37,028 bases of DNA, from positions 1 to 37,028 of the forward strand of contig JBAYJP010000007.1 in NCBI GenBank assembly GCA_041665025.1. Reading direction: 5' to 3'. This document shows positions 7,669 through 16,748 of this stretch, piece after piece. Numbering within the stretch: position 1 is the first letter of the stretch; each line of letters opens with the position of its first letter. A program made the translations under genes and the position numbers. Below the pieces are notes generated by a model. The model was given only the letters and a program-made list of their open reading frames with translations, had not been told where the DNA came from and did no database searches. Source of the stretch: Candidatus Magasanikiibacteriota bacterium. GTDB lineage: Bacteria; Patescibacteriota; Patescibacteriia; Magasanikbacterales; UBA922.

Positions 7669-10039
7669 AAATAAACCGAGCTATGAGACGCTCGCCAATT
7701 TTTGGCAGTTCAAAGACATTAAGGACGGGATTATTATCATGAAAAGTGGCGCCTACCGCATGTGTTTAGAAATTTTTCCCGCTAACTTTAACCTCATGGA
7801 TGACGAAGAAAAACGGCGCGCGGTAATTGGCTTTGAACAGGTACTCCGGGAAATTGAGGTCAAATACCCACTTCGCATTTTAGTCCAAACCAGGAAAACC
7901 AATGCCAATGACTATATTAACCAACTTGAGCATGCATATAGCATTCGGAGCCTTGGCACCTATGATTTATTTAGTAAGCATGCCGATTTTATCCGCGAGG
8001 TCAATAAGGATTATGAAATTATTACCAAAAAGTTTTACTTAGTTTTGGAATTTAGCGAACTCAAATATACATTGTCCAAAGAAATCATTAGTCGGGAAGA
8101 AAAAGACATTAAGAAAAAGCGGGAAATTACCGAAGAAGAAATCTTTCAAGAAGTCAGGCAAAGCATGATGAGTATCTTGGCTACCTTTAAATCCCAATTT
8201 CAGGCGATTAATCTTAAAAGCAAGATTTTGTCCACGAGTGAAATTGTCCGGGTCATGATGAGTTATCTCGATGAGGAAAAATTTTTAAATAACCGTGAAT
8301 TTTACGAACACCTCGACGAACACCGCGAGCGCGCGGAAAAAGTTGGTTTGCCGTTTTCGGTCATCAACAAAGTCAGCCCGGATTTTATTGAAGACGAAAA
8401 TATTGACCTCATGAGTATTAACGGTAAGTTGTATTTGCGCTCCGAGTTTTTGAGCGAACTTGGCTCTCACGCCTATATCGATTGGTTTAAAGAAATGATT
8501 ATGTTTCCCTATGCGAGCGATCTCATGTTTACTTACACGAGTAAAGACCCGGCCGAGGCAGTGGTCAAGCTCTCGGACAAGCGCCAGCGGATTGAAGCGA
8601 AAATCTTTGATGAAAATACCCAGCATAGACCGAAAAATATTGCGGATAATCTCGTGCTTGAAAGCACGGAAAAAATTGAAAAACAATATTTGCGCTCAGA
8701 AATTAAGCCCATTGATTTAAAAATTGAAATGACTTTTCGGTCAGACACCATTCAAGCGTTAAATATGGTACACATGAATTTGGAACGATTGCTCAACCGG
8801 AAAATGATGCGTTCACGGATTTATCACTACGAACAGTTTGAGGGATTAAAAGGCACGTTTATTGCGGGTTATAGCGACACGAGTACGAGAAATCATCGTG
8901 ACATTAATACCGATGTCGCTGCCTTTACTTTTCCCTTTATTATCCCCCAAATCTCCTCGAGCACTGGCATACTCTATGGCGTGGATGAAATTAATCGTTC
9001 ACTCGTTACTATTGATAGAAAAGAATTAGAGAGTTATAACCGATCCATTGTTGCCTCAACTGGTGCCGGCAAGTCGTATTTTATCAAGCTTGATTTAATT
9101 CGCTCGCGCATGATTGGGTACCAGTCATTTGTCTTGGACGTAGAAAACGAATTTGAAATGGTCACGAGTTACCTCAAGGGAAAATATATCGAACTCAACG
9201 ACAAGTCGATTTATTACATCAACCCCTTTCATATTTCCGGACCAGAATACAAAGCGCAAAAAATTGAATTTGTGCGCGATCTGTTTAAAACCATGTACAG
9301 CAATGAAAAAATTGGCGTGACCGACTTAACTAAAATTGAAAAAGTGATTGGTAATGTCTATGAGCGGGCGTTAATGGATAACACCCAACCGGTACTCATT
9401 AATTTTATTCAAGCGATTGAAACGTTACCGCGAAACAGAACAACTGAAGGACTTTTAACCGTGCTTCGTTCCTACCACGAACCAAGCCATCCGCAGTATT
9501 ATTTGTTTAATAAACAACAGAACATAGACTTTGCCCACGATGATTTAATTGTCTTTGCGTTAAAATATGTAGACAAGCGGGATTTTGTCATTGCCGTCAT
9601 CTTAGAGAGCTATTGGAACTATATTAATCATCCCAAAAACAAAGCCAAATTTAAAAATTTAATTATTGATGAAGCCAGTCAGTTGTTTCAGTCAGGCTTG
9701 ATTGTAGAAAAATTGGCATCCCTGGCACTCCGCGGGAGGAAATATAACTCGGGCGTGACGACGATTGTTCAATCCATTAATCATTATTATGCCAGTGCAT
9801 ATCCCCGCACGAGCGACTTGTTTGACCAATCATCTGTCACACTAGTTATGAAACACAAAGTCAGCGACTCTTTTGATAAGCTCAACGAAAAGGTACATAT
9901 TAATAAACCCGAGCGGGCATATTTAGAGCGTCTGGAAGTGGGTAAGGGACTCCTTATTGTGAATGATTCCAAAATTCCATTGTCTATCAAAAGCAGTGAA
10001 GAGGAAGACCGAGTCTGCACGACTAAGCCACCGACCTAA
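7640..10039 (+). CDS. VirB4/TraE/PrgJ-like type IV secretion ATPase
   Basis: 799 aa with Walker A (VASTGAGKSYFIKL) and Walker B (NLIIDEASQLF). The N-terminal region (FKDIKDGIIIMKSGAYRMCLEIFPANFNLMDDEE) is typical of Gram-positive VirB4 homologues. Confidence 0.85.
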   Translation: MSYIHKLLLKNKPSYETLANFWQFKDIKDGIIIMKSGAYRMCLEIFPANFNLMDDEEKRRAVIGFEQVLREIEVKYPLRILVQTRKTNANDYINQLEHAYSIRSLGTYDLFSKHADFIREVNKDYEIITKKFYLVLEFSELKYTLSKEIISREEKDIKKKREITEEEIFQEVRQSMMSILATFKSQFQAINLKSKILSTSEIVRVMMSYLDEEKFLNNREFYEHLDEHRERAEKVGLPFSVINKVSPDFIEDENIDLMSINGKLYLRSEFLSELGSHAYIDWFKEMIMFPYASDLMFTYTSKDPAEAVVKLSDKRQRIEAKIFDENTQHRPKNIADNLVLESTEKIEKQYLRSEIKPIDLKIEMTFRSDTIQALNMVHMNLERLLNRKMMRSRIYHYEQFEGLKGTFIAGYSDTSTRNHRDINTDVAAFTFPFIIPQISSSTGILYGVDEINRSLVTIDRKELESYNRSIVASTGAGKSYFIKLDLIRSRMIGYQSFVLDVENEFEMVTSYLKGKYIELNDKSIYYINPFHISGPEYKAQKIEFVRDLFKTMYSNEKIGVTDLTKIEKVIGNVYERALMDNTQPVLINFIQAIETLPRNRTTEGLLTVLRSYHEPSHPQYYLFNKQQNIDFAHDDLIVFALKYVDKRDFVIAVILESYWNYINHPKNKAKFKNLIIDEASQLFQSGLIVEKLASLALRGRKYNSGVTTIVQSINHYYASAYPRTSDLFDQSSVTLVMKHKVSDSFDKLNEKVHINKPERAYLERLEVGKGLLIVNDSKIPLSIKSSEEEDRVCTTKPPT

Positions 10040-10050
10040 TACAATTTTGT

Positions 10051-10812
10051 ATGGGCATGGCTTATCTCGTGCAATTACTGTATGCAAAACGGCACCAATT
10101 AAAAAAATGTTGTGTTCTTCTTACAATTTTTATCCTCGGTTCAATTTTTATTGTGTATCTCATTTTTACCACGGTTATTTCGGTTATCCAAGGAACGGGA
10201 AAGGTTTCTGATACTGAACTTAAAAACCTGGCTAGATTCACCGAATTCCAAAGTTTTACCTACAAAACTATTTATGGTGATATGTGGTTTGATTTTGCTC
10301 ATCCATATGTATTCCCAACCCTTGGTGTCTTAACCCAAGGAGTCATACTAGACTCTTCGGCAGTCGTTGGTCTTAAACATGTGGCCTGGGACATAGCGGA
10401 TAGATCATCACGAGATACGGAAGTACGAGCTTTTGCCGACGGGACAGTGCTAGCAATAAAAGATAACATCCTAGAAAATACCACCCGACGGTGGAAGTTT
10501 TGTGATGAAAGTGAAAATGGTATTTGCTGGTATGAGGTAACTAAACCGGCTGACGTACAATATGGCTGTGGGTATGAGATTATTATTCAAAATGTTGATT
10601 CGCTCCAGACGCAATATTGTCACTTAGCCGAAAGACTAAGCCTGCAAGTTGGTGATAGTGTGACCATGGGACAAGTTATTGGTTACCAGGGAAGTACAGG
10701 CTGGGCCACCGGCAAACACTTACATTTTGTCCTGAGACGTGACGGCCAACCCATTGATCCATCGTATGCTTTGACACAGACGAGTTTGAGTAATTGGGAA
10801 GAAGAAGAGTAA
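10051..10812 (+). CDS. M23-family peptidoglycan metallo-endopeptidase with N-terminal TM anchor
   Basis: 253 aa. The C-terminal sequence GYQGSTGWATGKHLHFVLRRDGQPIDP is the classic M23 HxH region. It is the last gene of the T4SS operon, consistent with a VirB1-analogous cell-wall hydrolase. Confidence 0.85.
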   Translation: MGMAYLVQLLYAKRHQLKKCCVLLTIFILGSIFIVYLIFTTVISVIQGTGKVSDTELKNLARFTEFQSFTYKTIYGDMWFDFAHPYVFPTLGVLTQGVILDSSAVVGLKHVAWDIADRSSRDTEVRAFADGTVLAIKDNILENTTRRWKFCDESENGICWYEVTKPADVQYGCGYEIIIQNVDSLQTQYCHLAERLSLQVGDSVTMGQVIGYQGSTGWATGKHLHFVLRRDGQPIDPSYALTQTSLSNWEEEE

Positions 10813-10912
10813 AAATGTGGTATTAATAAGATTGACCATTGAGCTTCAGAGGAGTAAGATTAAGTAAATTATATTCATTATGAAAAGACTATTGTTTAGT
10901 TTTATTTAATAT

Positions 10913-11701
10913 ATGACAAGAGAAGAGATAAAAAATTCTATATTACAATTTTTTAAGGCTAGGGTTAATTGGATTGCTTCGACACCAGATAGAAACCAGC
11001 ATACTCAAATGGGTGATATTTATCAATTATTTAACCAAAGCCAAGAACAAAGTTGGAAACGTTACAGTACCTATTCAATAGCACGTGAAACTATACAGGA
11101 ATTAATAAATGCTGGTTTCCTTTACCCTGGAAATGAAAGTGATTTTAATAGTGGCTATCCGTGGCTAACCATCACGGAATATGGTAAAGAAGCATTTTTA
11201 AAAGACGATTGGCTGCCTTATGACCCAGAAGGTTACATAAGGGAACTTAAAGATAAAATTCCTACAATAGACGAAATTACATTGGCTTATGTCAGTGAGT
11301 CAATTACAGCCTACAATAGGCATCATCTTTTATCTGCCACTATAACGTTGGGAGTGGCTTCAGAAAATTTGATGCTTCTTTTAATTGACGCATACGCAAA
11401 TTGGATTAGAGATGAGTCACGTAAATCTAGTTTTCAAAAGAAGATTGCGGATAGATTCATATCAACCCAATACAGAGAATTTAAGAAAGATTTTGTCAAT
11501 GATGTAAAAATTTTGCCAAAAGAATTCCAAGCAGATTGGGAAACATATCTCGATGGTGTTTTCAATTTTATTCGTTTGAACAGAAATGACGCTGGACATC
11601 CAACTGGTAGAAAGTTTGATATAAAAGTTGTTTATGCAAATCTCCAAGTATTTTCTGAATATGCAAATTTTATTTTCAAACTCATACAAAAATTTAAGTA
11701 G
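10913..11701 (+). CDS. Hypothetical protein with candidate C-terminal HEPN domain (RNxxxH)
   Basis: 262 aa. The helical C-terminal half carries FIRLNRNDAGHPTG, which contains an R-x4-H motif in the RNxxxH form typical of HEPN RNases. Its stop codon lies 3 nt before the KAP NTPase start. Confidence 0.4.
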   Translation: MTREEIKNSILQFFKARVNWIASTPDRNQHTQMGDIYQLFNQSQEQSWKRYSTYSIARETIQELINAGFLYPGNESDFNSGYPWLTITEYGKEAFLKDDWLPYDPEGYIRELKDKIPTIDEITLAYVSESITAYNRHHLLSATITLGVASENLMLLLIDAYANWIRDESRKSSFQKKIADRFISTQYREFKKDFVNDVKILPKEFQADWETYLDGVFNFIRLNRNDAGHPTGRKFDIKVVYANLQVFSEYANFIFKLIQKFK

Positions 11702-11704
11702 AGT

Positions 11705-13756
11705 ATGATTCTACCAGATTACCCAATAGAAAATGAAAAGCAAGACCAATTAAAACGTTTTCCACTTGCTTTAAAAGTAGTTGATATGATTTCTACTTTT
11801 TCGGGTAAAGAAAGTTTTGTTATTGGTGTAGAGGGTAAATGGGGGTCTGGAAAAACATCCTTTATCAATCTTGCGCTTGGACAACTTGATAAGAATAAAA
11901 TTGTATACATCACCTTCAATCCTTGGAATTTTTCCGACGAGACGTCTTTGTTGCGAGATTTCTTTATTAAGTTTTCCGAAGCAGTTGAAAAAATTACAGG
12001 TAAAAAGACTGGCAAGCGAATGAAAGAATATGCTGGAAAATTATCTGAATTAGATTTGGGCATATCTTATGAAGGATTCTCTTTTAATCCGTTAAAATTG
12101 TTAAGGTTTTGGAGTCCAGACACTTCTCTTGAGGCTATCCGAAAAGAACTTGATGGAGCGCTGGCGGGCATTGAAAAAAAGATAGTAGTAGTCATCGATG
12201 ATATAGACCGTCTTGACAAAAAAGAAACAAAACTAATTCTTAAACTAGTCAAGCTTACAGCCGATTTTCCTAAAACAATTTTTGTACTTGCCTATGACAG
12301 AAACCGTGTAGAAGACAGGATAACTGAAAAGGAAAACGGTCTTGAAGGCGGTGAATACTTAAAGAAAATAATTCAAGTATCTTTTTCTCTTCCACTTCCA
12401 GATAAACAAGAATTATGGAATTTATTATTTAAGGATTTAGATATATCCTTAGATTCAGTTTATGGAAAAGCAGAGTTGTCGGACATAGAACAAAGTCGGT
12501 GGAATAAAATGTTTTACAGTGGTTTTAATGATTTATTTGAGACTATTAGAGATATCAAGCGCTATATAAGTTCCCTTAGACTCGATTGGTCTATAATGGG
12601 AAAAAGTGATGTCAATAAGATTGATTTTTTGGGGGTAGAAGCTATACGTGTTTTTGCTCCTAGATTCTATGAGGCAATTCCTGCAAATAAAGATGTGTTC
12701 GTGGAACTACCAGGAACTTTTCCATCGGATAAAGCAAGTGTTCTACAAACGAGGCATAAAAGGTACGACGAATTATTGAATATTATTTCAGACGAACGAA
12801 TTCGTAGATGTATTGATGGAATTTGTAAAGAAATATTTCCAGAATTAGATAATTATTCGTCATCTTCTTTCGAAGATTGGGAACGAGATTTACGCATTTG
12901 TTCCCCAGACAGATTTAACTTTTATTTCCAATTAGGAATACCCTATGGCGAAATTTCTGAAAGTGAAGTTGATGAGATTGTAACAAGCTTAAATAAATAT
13001 GTTTTATTTAAAGAAAAAATTTTACAGCTTAGTCAGGAAAAACGTCTAAGAAAAATTCTAGCAAAATTGTTACTTAGAAGAGACAGACTAAATAAGGAAG
13101 AAATTAAAATGGCTTTGTTGGTTTTGTGGGACGCAGAAAAAGAAATCGATGACGAGCCTCAGGCAGTTTTTGATTTGGACGATGTCGCTACTCAAATTCT
13201 TAGACTTGGTTTTAATTTTCTAAAGGTAACGCCTAAAGAAGAGAGAACCCAAATATTGATTGACACAGTGAGTAAATGTGTAAATATTTACCACGCTACA
13301 CATTTAGTTGCCGTGCTCAGACAAACACTCCAAGATAAAGGTGCTGGTTACGACGATGCTTTGTTGGATGACAATCAATTAAAAGAAATAGAAAATATTC
13401 TATTAGAAAGAATAAAGACACTCGCCCAAAATAAGTATTTGGAAAAAGAAAAAAATTTAGTAGCCTTTCTTTATAGATGGAAGGAATGGGGCGGGCCTGA
13501 AGAAGTAAAAAAATATATATCTCAACTCACATCAACTGAAACTGGACTACTCTCATTTTTAAAATCTTTCGTATCAAAAGTTCTTTCAACAAATGGAAAT
13601 TATAGTGATTTAAATAAAAAATCTATAGAGGGCCTGTGTTCAATTGGTGATATTTTGCTACGTGTCGGACAGTTTACTGACGAACAAATTTCGAAATTAT
13701 CCCCGCAAGAACAAGAAGCTATAAAATTATTTAATAACTCAGCTAGACACTGGTAG
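11705..13756 (+). CDS. KAP-family P-loop NTPase
   Basis: 683 aa with Walker A (VIGVEGKWGSGKTSFINL) and Walker B (IVVVIDDIDRLDKKE). It has a long helical C-terminal region and no obvious inserted TM helices. Confidence 0.8.
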   Translation: MILPDYPIENEKQDQLKRFPLALKVVDMISTFSGKESFVIGVEGKWGSGKTSFINLALGQLDKNKIVYITFNPWNFSDETSLLRDFFIKFSEAVEKITGKKTGKRMKEYAGKLSELDLGISYEGFSFNPLKLLRFWSPDTSLEAIRKELDGALAGIEKKIVVVIDDIDRLDKKETKLILKLVKLTADFPKTIFVLAYDRNRVEDRITEKENGLEGGEYLKKIIQVSFSLPLPDKQELWNLLFKDLDISLDSVYGKAELSDIEQSRWNKMFYSGFNDLFETIRDIKRYISSLRLDWSIMGKSDVNKIDFLGVEAIRVFAPRFYEAIPANKDVFVELPGTFPSDKASVLQTRHKRYDELLNIISDERIRRCIDGICKEIFPELDNYSSSSFEDWERDLRICSPDRFNFYFQLGIPYGEISESEVDEIVTSLNKYVLFKEKILQLSQEKRLRKILAKLLLRRDRLNKEEIKMALLVLWDAEKEIDDEPQAVFDLDDVATQILRLGFNFLKVTPKEERTQILIDTVSKCVNIYHATHLVAVLRQTLQDKGAGYDDALLDDNQLKEIENILLERIKTLAQNKYLEKEKNLVAFLYRWKEWGGPEEVKKYISQLTSTETGLLSFLKSFVSKVLSTNGNYSDLNKKSIEGLCSIGDILLRVGQFTDEQISKLSPQEQEAIKLFNNSARHW

Positions 13757-13856
13757 AATTAGTATGCCATCAATTCAAGAACATATTGCGATTTAAGAAG
13801 ATGTTAGTATCCGCAATGAGTCAGACTATCTTATCATATCTCGGGCAAAAAATAAT

Positions 13857-14759
13857 ATGAATAAAAAAGTTGGTCGTAATGACCCATGTCCGTGCGGTAA
13901 TGGTAAAAAGTATAAAAAGTGCCATATGAATAAACGTTTTGAAGTGGGAGTGTTGAAGAAATTATATCAATCAGACGTTGGCGATGACTTCTATACTCGT
14001 TTTATTATGGGGCATTGCAGTATCCGCAGTTGCGTATATGAAAAAAATGAACAGTTAGAATATGATAAAAGTTTTGGCCCAGTATTACAAAATTTAGTGG
14101 AGATGAAAATGGTAAAGGATAAATGTTTGAACCTAATTACAAAACACATAGATAATATACAAACTGGAGAAGATGGAAAATACCATGGAAATCAAATCGA
14201 CATTAATGAGCCAATCGATGATGATTTGAATATTTTTTTTAAAGATTTTTTTATAAGAGGCCAAATGGCTATTCAAGCTCTTATTAAACATTCCAGGTAT
14301 ATGGGCTCGAATATAGGTTTTTTATTTAGCGATGATCAAAAGAAATTTCGTAAAGGTTCAGAAAAATTTGTTTTAAGTGAGAAAGATGAACGATTTCAGT
14401 CATTAATTTCATTCATAAAAAACAATAATACAGTTTGGTATGCGTCTTTTCGTGAATTACGTCGCCAAATTGAACATGAAGGCTGGGCCTTACCAGAACT
14501 TCGTTATTCGCTTGATAAATCATTAAAGGTGAAGGTGGATATACCTTCCTCATCCTCAAAGTCTATTAAAGAGATACTAGAAACTTATTGGGATAATATG
14601 AATATATTTTGTGAAGAGGTAATAACATTTCTCTTAAGTCTTAAGTTAAAAGACGATATGGTTATGGTTTATATTCCAAAGGAAAAACGAGATCAACAAA
14701 TGCCCGTGAGATACATGGCAAGTCTAAAAGAATTTCCAGGCGTACCATTGCAGTGCTAA
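13857..14759 (+). CDS. SEC-C motif (metal-binding) domain protein
   Basis: 300 aa. The N-terminal GRNDPCPCGNGKKYKKCH is a canonical SEC-C Zn-binding motif. The remainder is unassigned, but it also contains an R-x4-H string (ELRRQIEHEG). Confidence 0.65.
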   Translation: MNKKVGRNDPCPCGNGKKYKKCHMNKRFEVGVLKKLYQSDVGDDFYTRFIMGHCSIRSCVYEKNEQLEYDKSFGPVLQNLVEMKMVKDKCLNLITKHIDNIQTGEDGKYHGNQIDINEPIDDDLNIFFKDFFIRGQMAIQALIKHSRYMGSNIGFLFSDDQKKFRKGSEKFVLSEKDERFQSLISFIKNNNTVWYASFRELRRQIEHEGWALPELRYSLDKSLKVKVDIPSSSSKSIKEILETYWDNMNIFCEEVITFLLSLKLKDDMVMVYIPKEKRDQQMPVRYMASLKEFPGVPLQC

Positions 14760-14789
14760 TAGCATAATTATAATTGGATTATTATATAA

Positions 14790-15230
14790 ATGTTTATGTC
14801 AATGATAACTAAGGCAACAACCAAAAATTATTCTGAGTTGTTAAAATTAAGCAAACTACTAGACGAATTCGAGCCGCAAAAAGAAGCCGAAATAAAAAAA
14901 GCCTTGGATAGCAATTTAATTTGGATAGTCAAAGATGATGATAAAATTGCTGGTTATTGTTTAATAGAGTTGTTTGATAGCAACCACGACCAATTACCTA
15001 ACTCGATTTTTATTTCAGAGCTTTATGTGGTAGAGCCTTACCGTCAAAAAGGAATAGGTAAAGAGTTAGTCCAGAAGATTTTAAATTCACACTTTCCAGT
15101 GCAATACACATACTTCTCATTATCACATGACCCAGAAGAAAAACATTTAACAGACTTTTACAAATCATTTGGATTTGAAGTGGTTGGCAAAACTAAAGGT
15201 GGGAATGTTAAGATGATTAAAAATATATGA
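14790..15230 (+). CDS. GNAT-family N-acetyltransferase
   Basis: 146 aa with the acetyl-CoA-binding motif A (YRQKGIGKELV) and a C-terminal FYKSFGFEVVG. Confidence 0.75.
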   Translation: MFMSMITKATTKNYSELLKLSKLLDEFEPQKEAEIKKALDSNLIWIVKDDDKIAGYCLIELFDSNHDQLPNSIFISELYVVEPYRQKGIGKELVQKILNSHFPVQYTYFSLSHDPEEKHLTDFYKSFGFEVVGKTKGGNVKMIKNI

Positions 15231-15763
15231 GGAAGGATAAAACCGGAGTTAAAATTTATAGTGCCATTCCTAACGATGGTAAGGGGTTAGTTAGGGTATC
15301 CAGAATAACCTGGCTAGCAACTTATCCCAACAAAAAGTTAGGAATCACGGTGAAAGACCTGGGCCAAAGAAAAGAATTCGAAAAGCAGAGAATTGAACGT
15401 TGGCGCAAAAATATTAAAGAAAATAAAAATCGTAAAACTTGGGTTGCCAAAACTGGCAGAGAAATAGTCGGCTTTTGTGGGGCAAGCAAAGAAGACAATG
15501 TCCATGAAATAGGGGCAATTTACGTTTTGCCAAAATATCAGGGTAAAGGTATAGGTAAAGAATTAATCAAAAAAGCTTTTGATTGGCTTGGTGATAGAAA
15601 GGACATACTGGTCCGAGTAGTAAGTTATAATACGCCGTCCATTAAATTTTATGAATCTGTTGGATTCCAAAAGGTGGGGATTGTTAAAAAGTCAGAATGG
15701 CATAAGTTGCCGTCTGGCAAATTACTTCCTGAAATTGAAATGAAAAAAATATCGTTAAGATGA
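15227..15763 (+). CDS. GNAT-family N-acetyltransferase
   Basis: 178 aa with a 4-nt overlap onto the previous GNAT gene. It carries motif A (YQGKGIGKELI) and a C-terminal FYESVGFQKVG. Confidence 0.75.
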   Translation: MRKDKTGVKIYSAIPNDGKGLVRVSRITWLATYPNKKLGITVKDLGQRKEFEKQRIERWRKNIKENKNRKTWVAKTGREIVGFCGASKEDNVHEIGAIYVLPKYQGKGIGKELIKKAFDWLGDRKDILVRVVSYNTPSIKFYESVGFQKVGIVKKSEWHKLPSGKLLPEIEMKKISLR

Positions 15764-15843
15764 GGTGATAACTCCGAGTAAACCAATTTTTAAAAATAAT
15801 TTCTTCTGTTACATCAGGTTAAAGAATATACCTTAGTTAATTT

Positions 15844-16611
15844 TTACCAAGGCTGACTCTTTTTATCTAAAGTGTCCGCAGGTAAATCAGGTGTACAAAT
15901 ATTAACAGCGGTACTCGGACAGCCATTCTCACCATGGATACATGAGCCACGACAGGAATAACCTTTACCACAATCTTCGTATGTAGTACATTTCTTAACA
16001 CATTTATTACCGCCTTGATTAAAAGCTCCGGGTTCATCACAGACCTCATCCTTGTTGCAGTCTTGATCTTTACTACATTTTTTAAAACTATAATTTGGCG
16101 TAGTAATATTAAATATTTCACCAGCTTTCTTTGTTAAAGAAGCACCCAATAATATCGCATCAAAATTGTTTTTAATATTTTCCGGAATTGTTTTTTCATA
16201 GTCTTTAACCCACTGCTTGGTAGTTTCCATTTTGAAATCTCTTTCATCATAATCGGTAACACCCCAGTCATTGCCTTTTCTGGTTAATTGATATAATTTT
16301 GCGGTTGCACCATAACCCGACGTTGAATATAAGTCGTCATTTTTAACCACAACGCTCATACACTCGCTTGAAGCGTAAACAACTAACTGGTCTTGTCCAG
16401 CCTCTTTTTGCCAGAGCGTCTTTACCGCACAAACAGGTTTGCCCTTGCTCTCCCATGAAGACATCAACTTTTCTTCAAATTGCGCTATTAGATTGTCAAA
16501 ATTCGTTTGTCCGCTGGTAATGGGGTTATAAATATCTATTGTTTTGTCACAACCACTCAATGAAACAGTGCCAACAAGTAATATGAAAAACAAAAGAGTT
16601 CTTTTAAACAT
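15844..16611 (-). CDS. Lipoprotein with Cys-rich C-terminal module
   Basis: 255 aa with a signal peptide and lipobox (LLVGTVSLSGC). The C-terminal ~80 aa contain about 14 Cys (CSKDQDCNKDEVCDEPG...CVKKCTTYEDCGKGYSCRGSC). Confidence 0.65.
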   Translation of the reverse strand: MFKRTLLFFILLVGTVSLSGCDKTIDIYNPITSGQTNFDNLIAQFEEKLMSSWESKGKPVCAVKTLWQKEAGQDQLVVYASSECMSVVVKNDDLYSTSGYGATAKLYQLTRKGNDWGVTDYDERDFKMETTKQWVKDYEKTIPENIKNNFDAILLGASLTKKAGEIFNITTPNYSFKKCSKDQDCNKDEVCDEPGAFNQGGNKCVKKCTTYEDCGKGYSCRGSCIHGENGCPSTAVNICTPDLPADTLDKKSQPW

Positions 16612-16748
16612 AGGTTTTTATTAGCAATTAACCTCTAAATTCTAGCAGATAGTACTTCTACTGTCTAATTATTACGAACTTGCTTAGTGTATCAAAAATG
16701 TGTATTATTACTGGCATATTCGATTTTTACGTTTTTTTACACAATCGT

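Noticed and set aside
420-10484. Short ORFs nested in or antisense to the T4SS genes (for example 420-794, 464-661, 1567-1920, 2422-2664, 6127-7041, 7379-7585, 8285-8751, 9787-10333).
   Set aside because: All lie inside longer ORFs that carry clear ATPase, membrane or peptidase motifs. In AT-rich DNA such alternative frames commonly stay open by chance.
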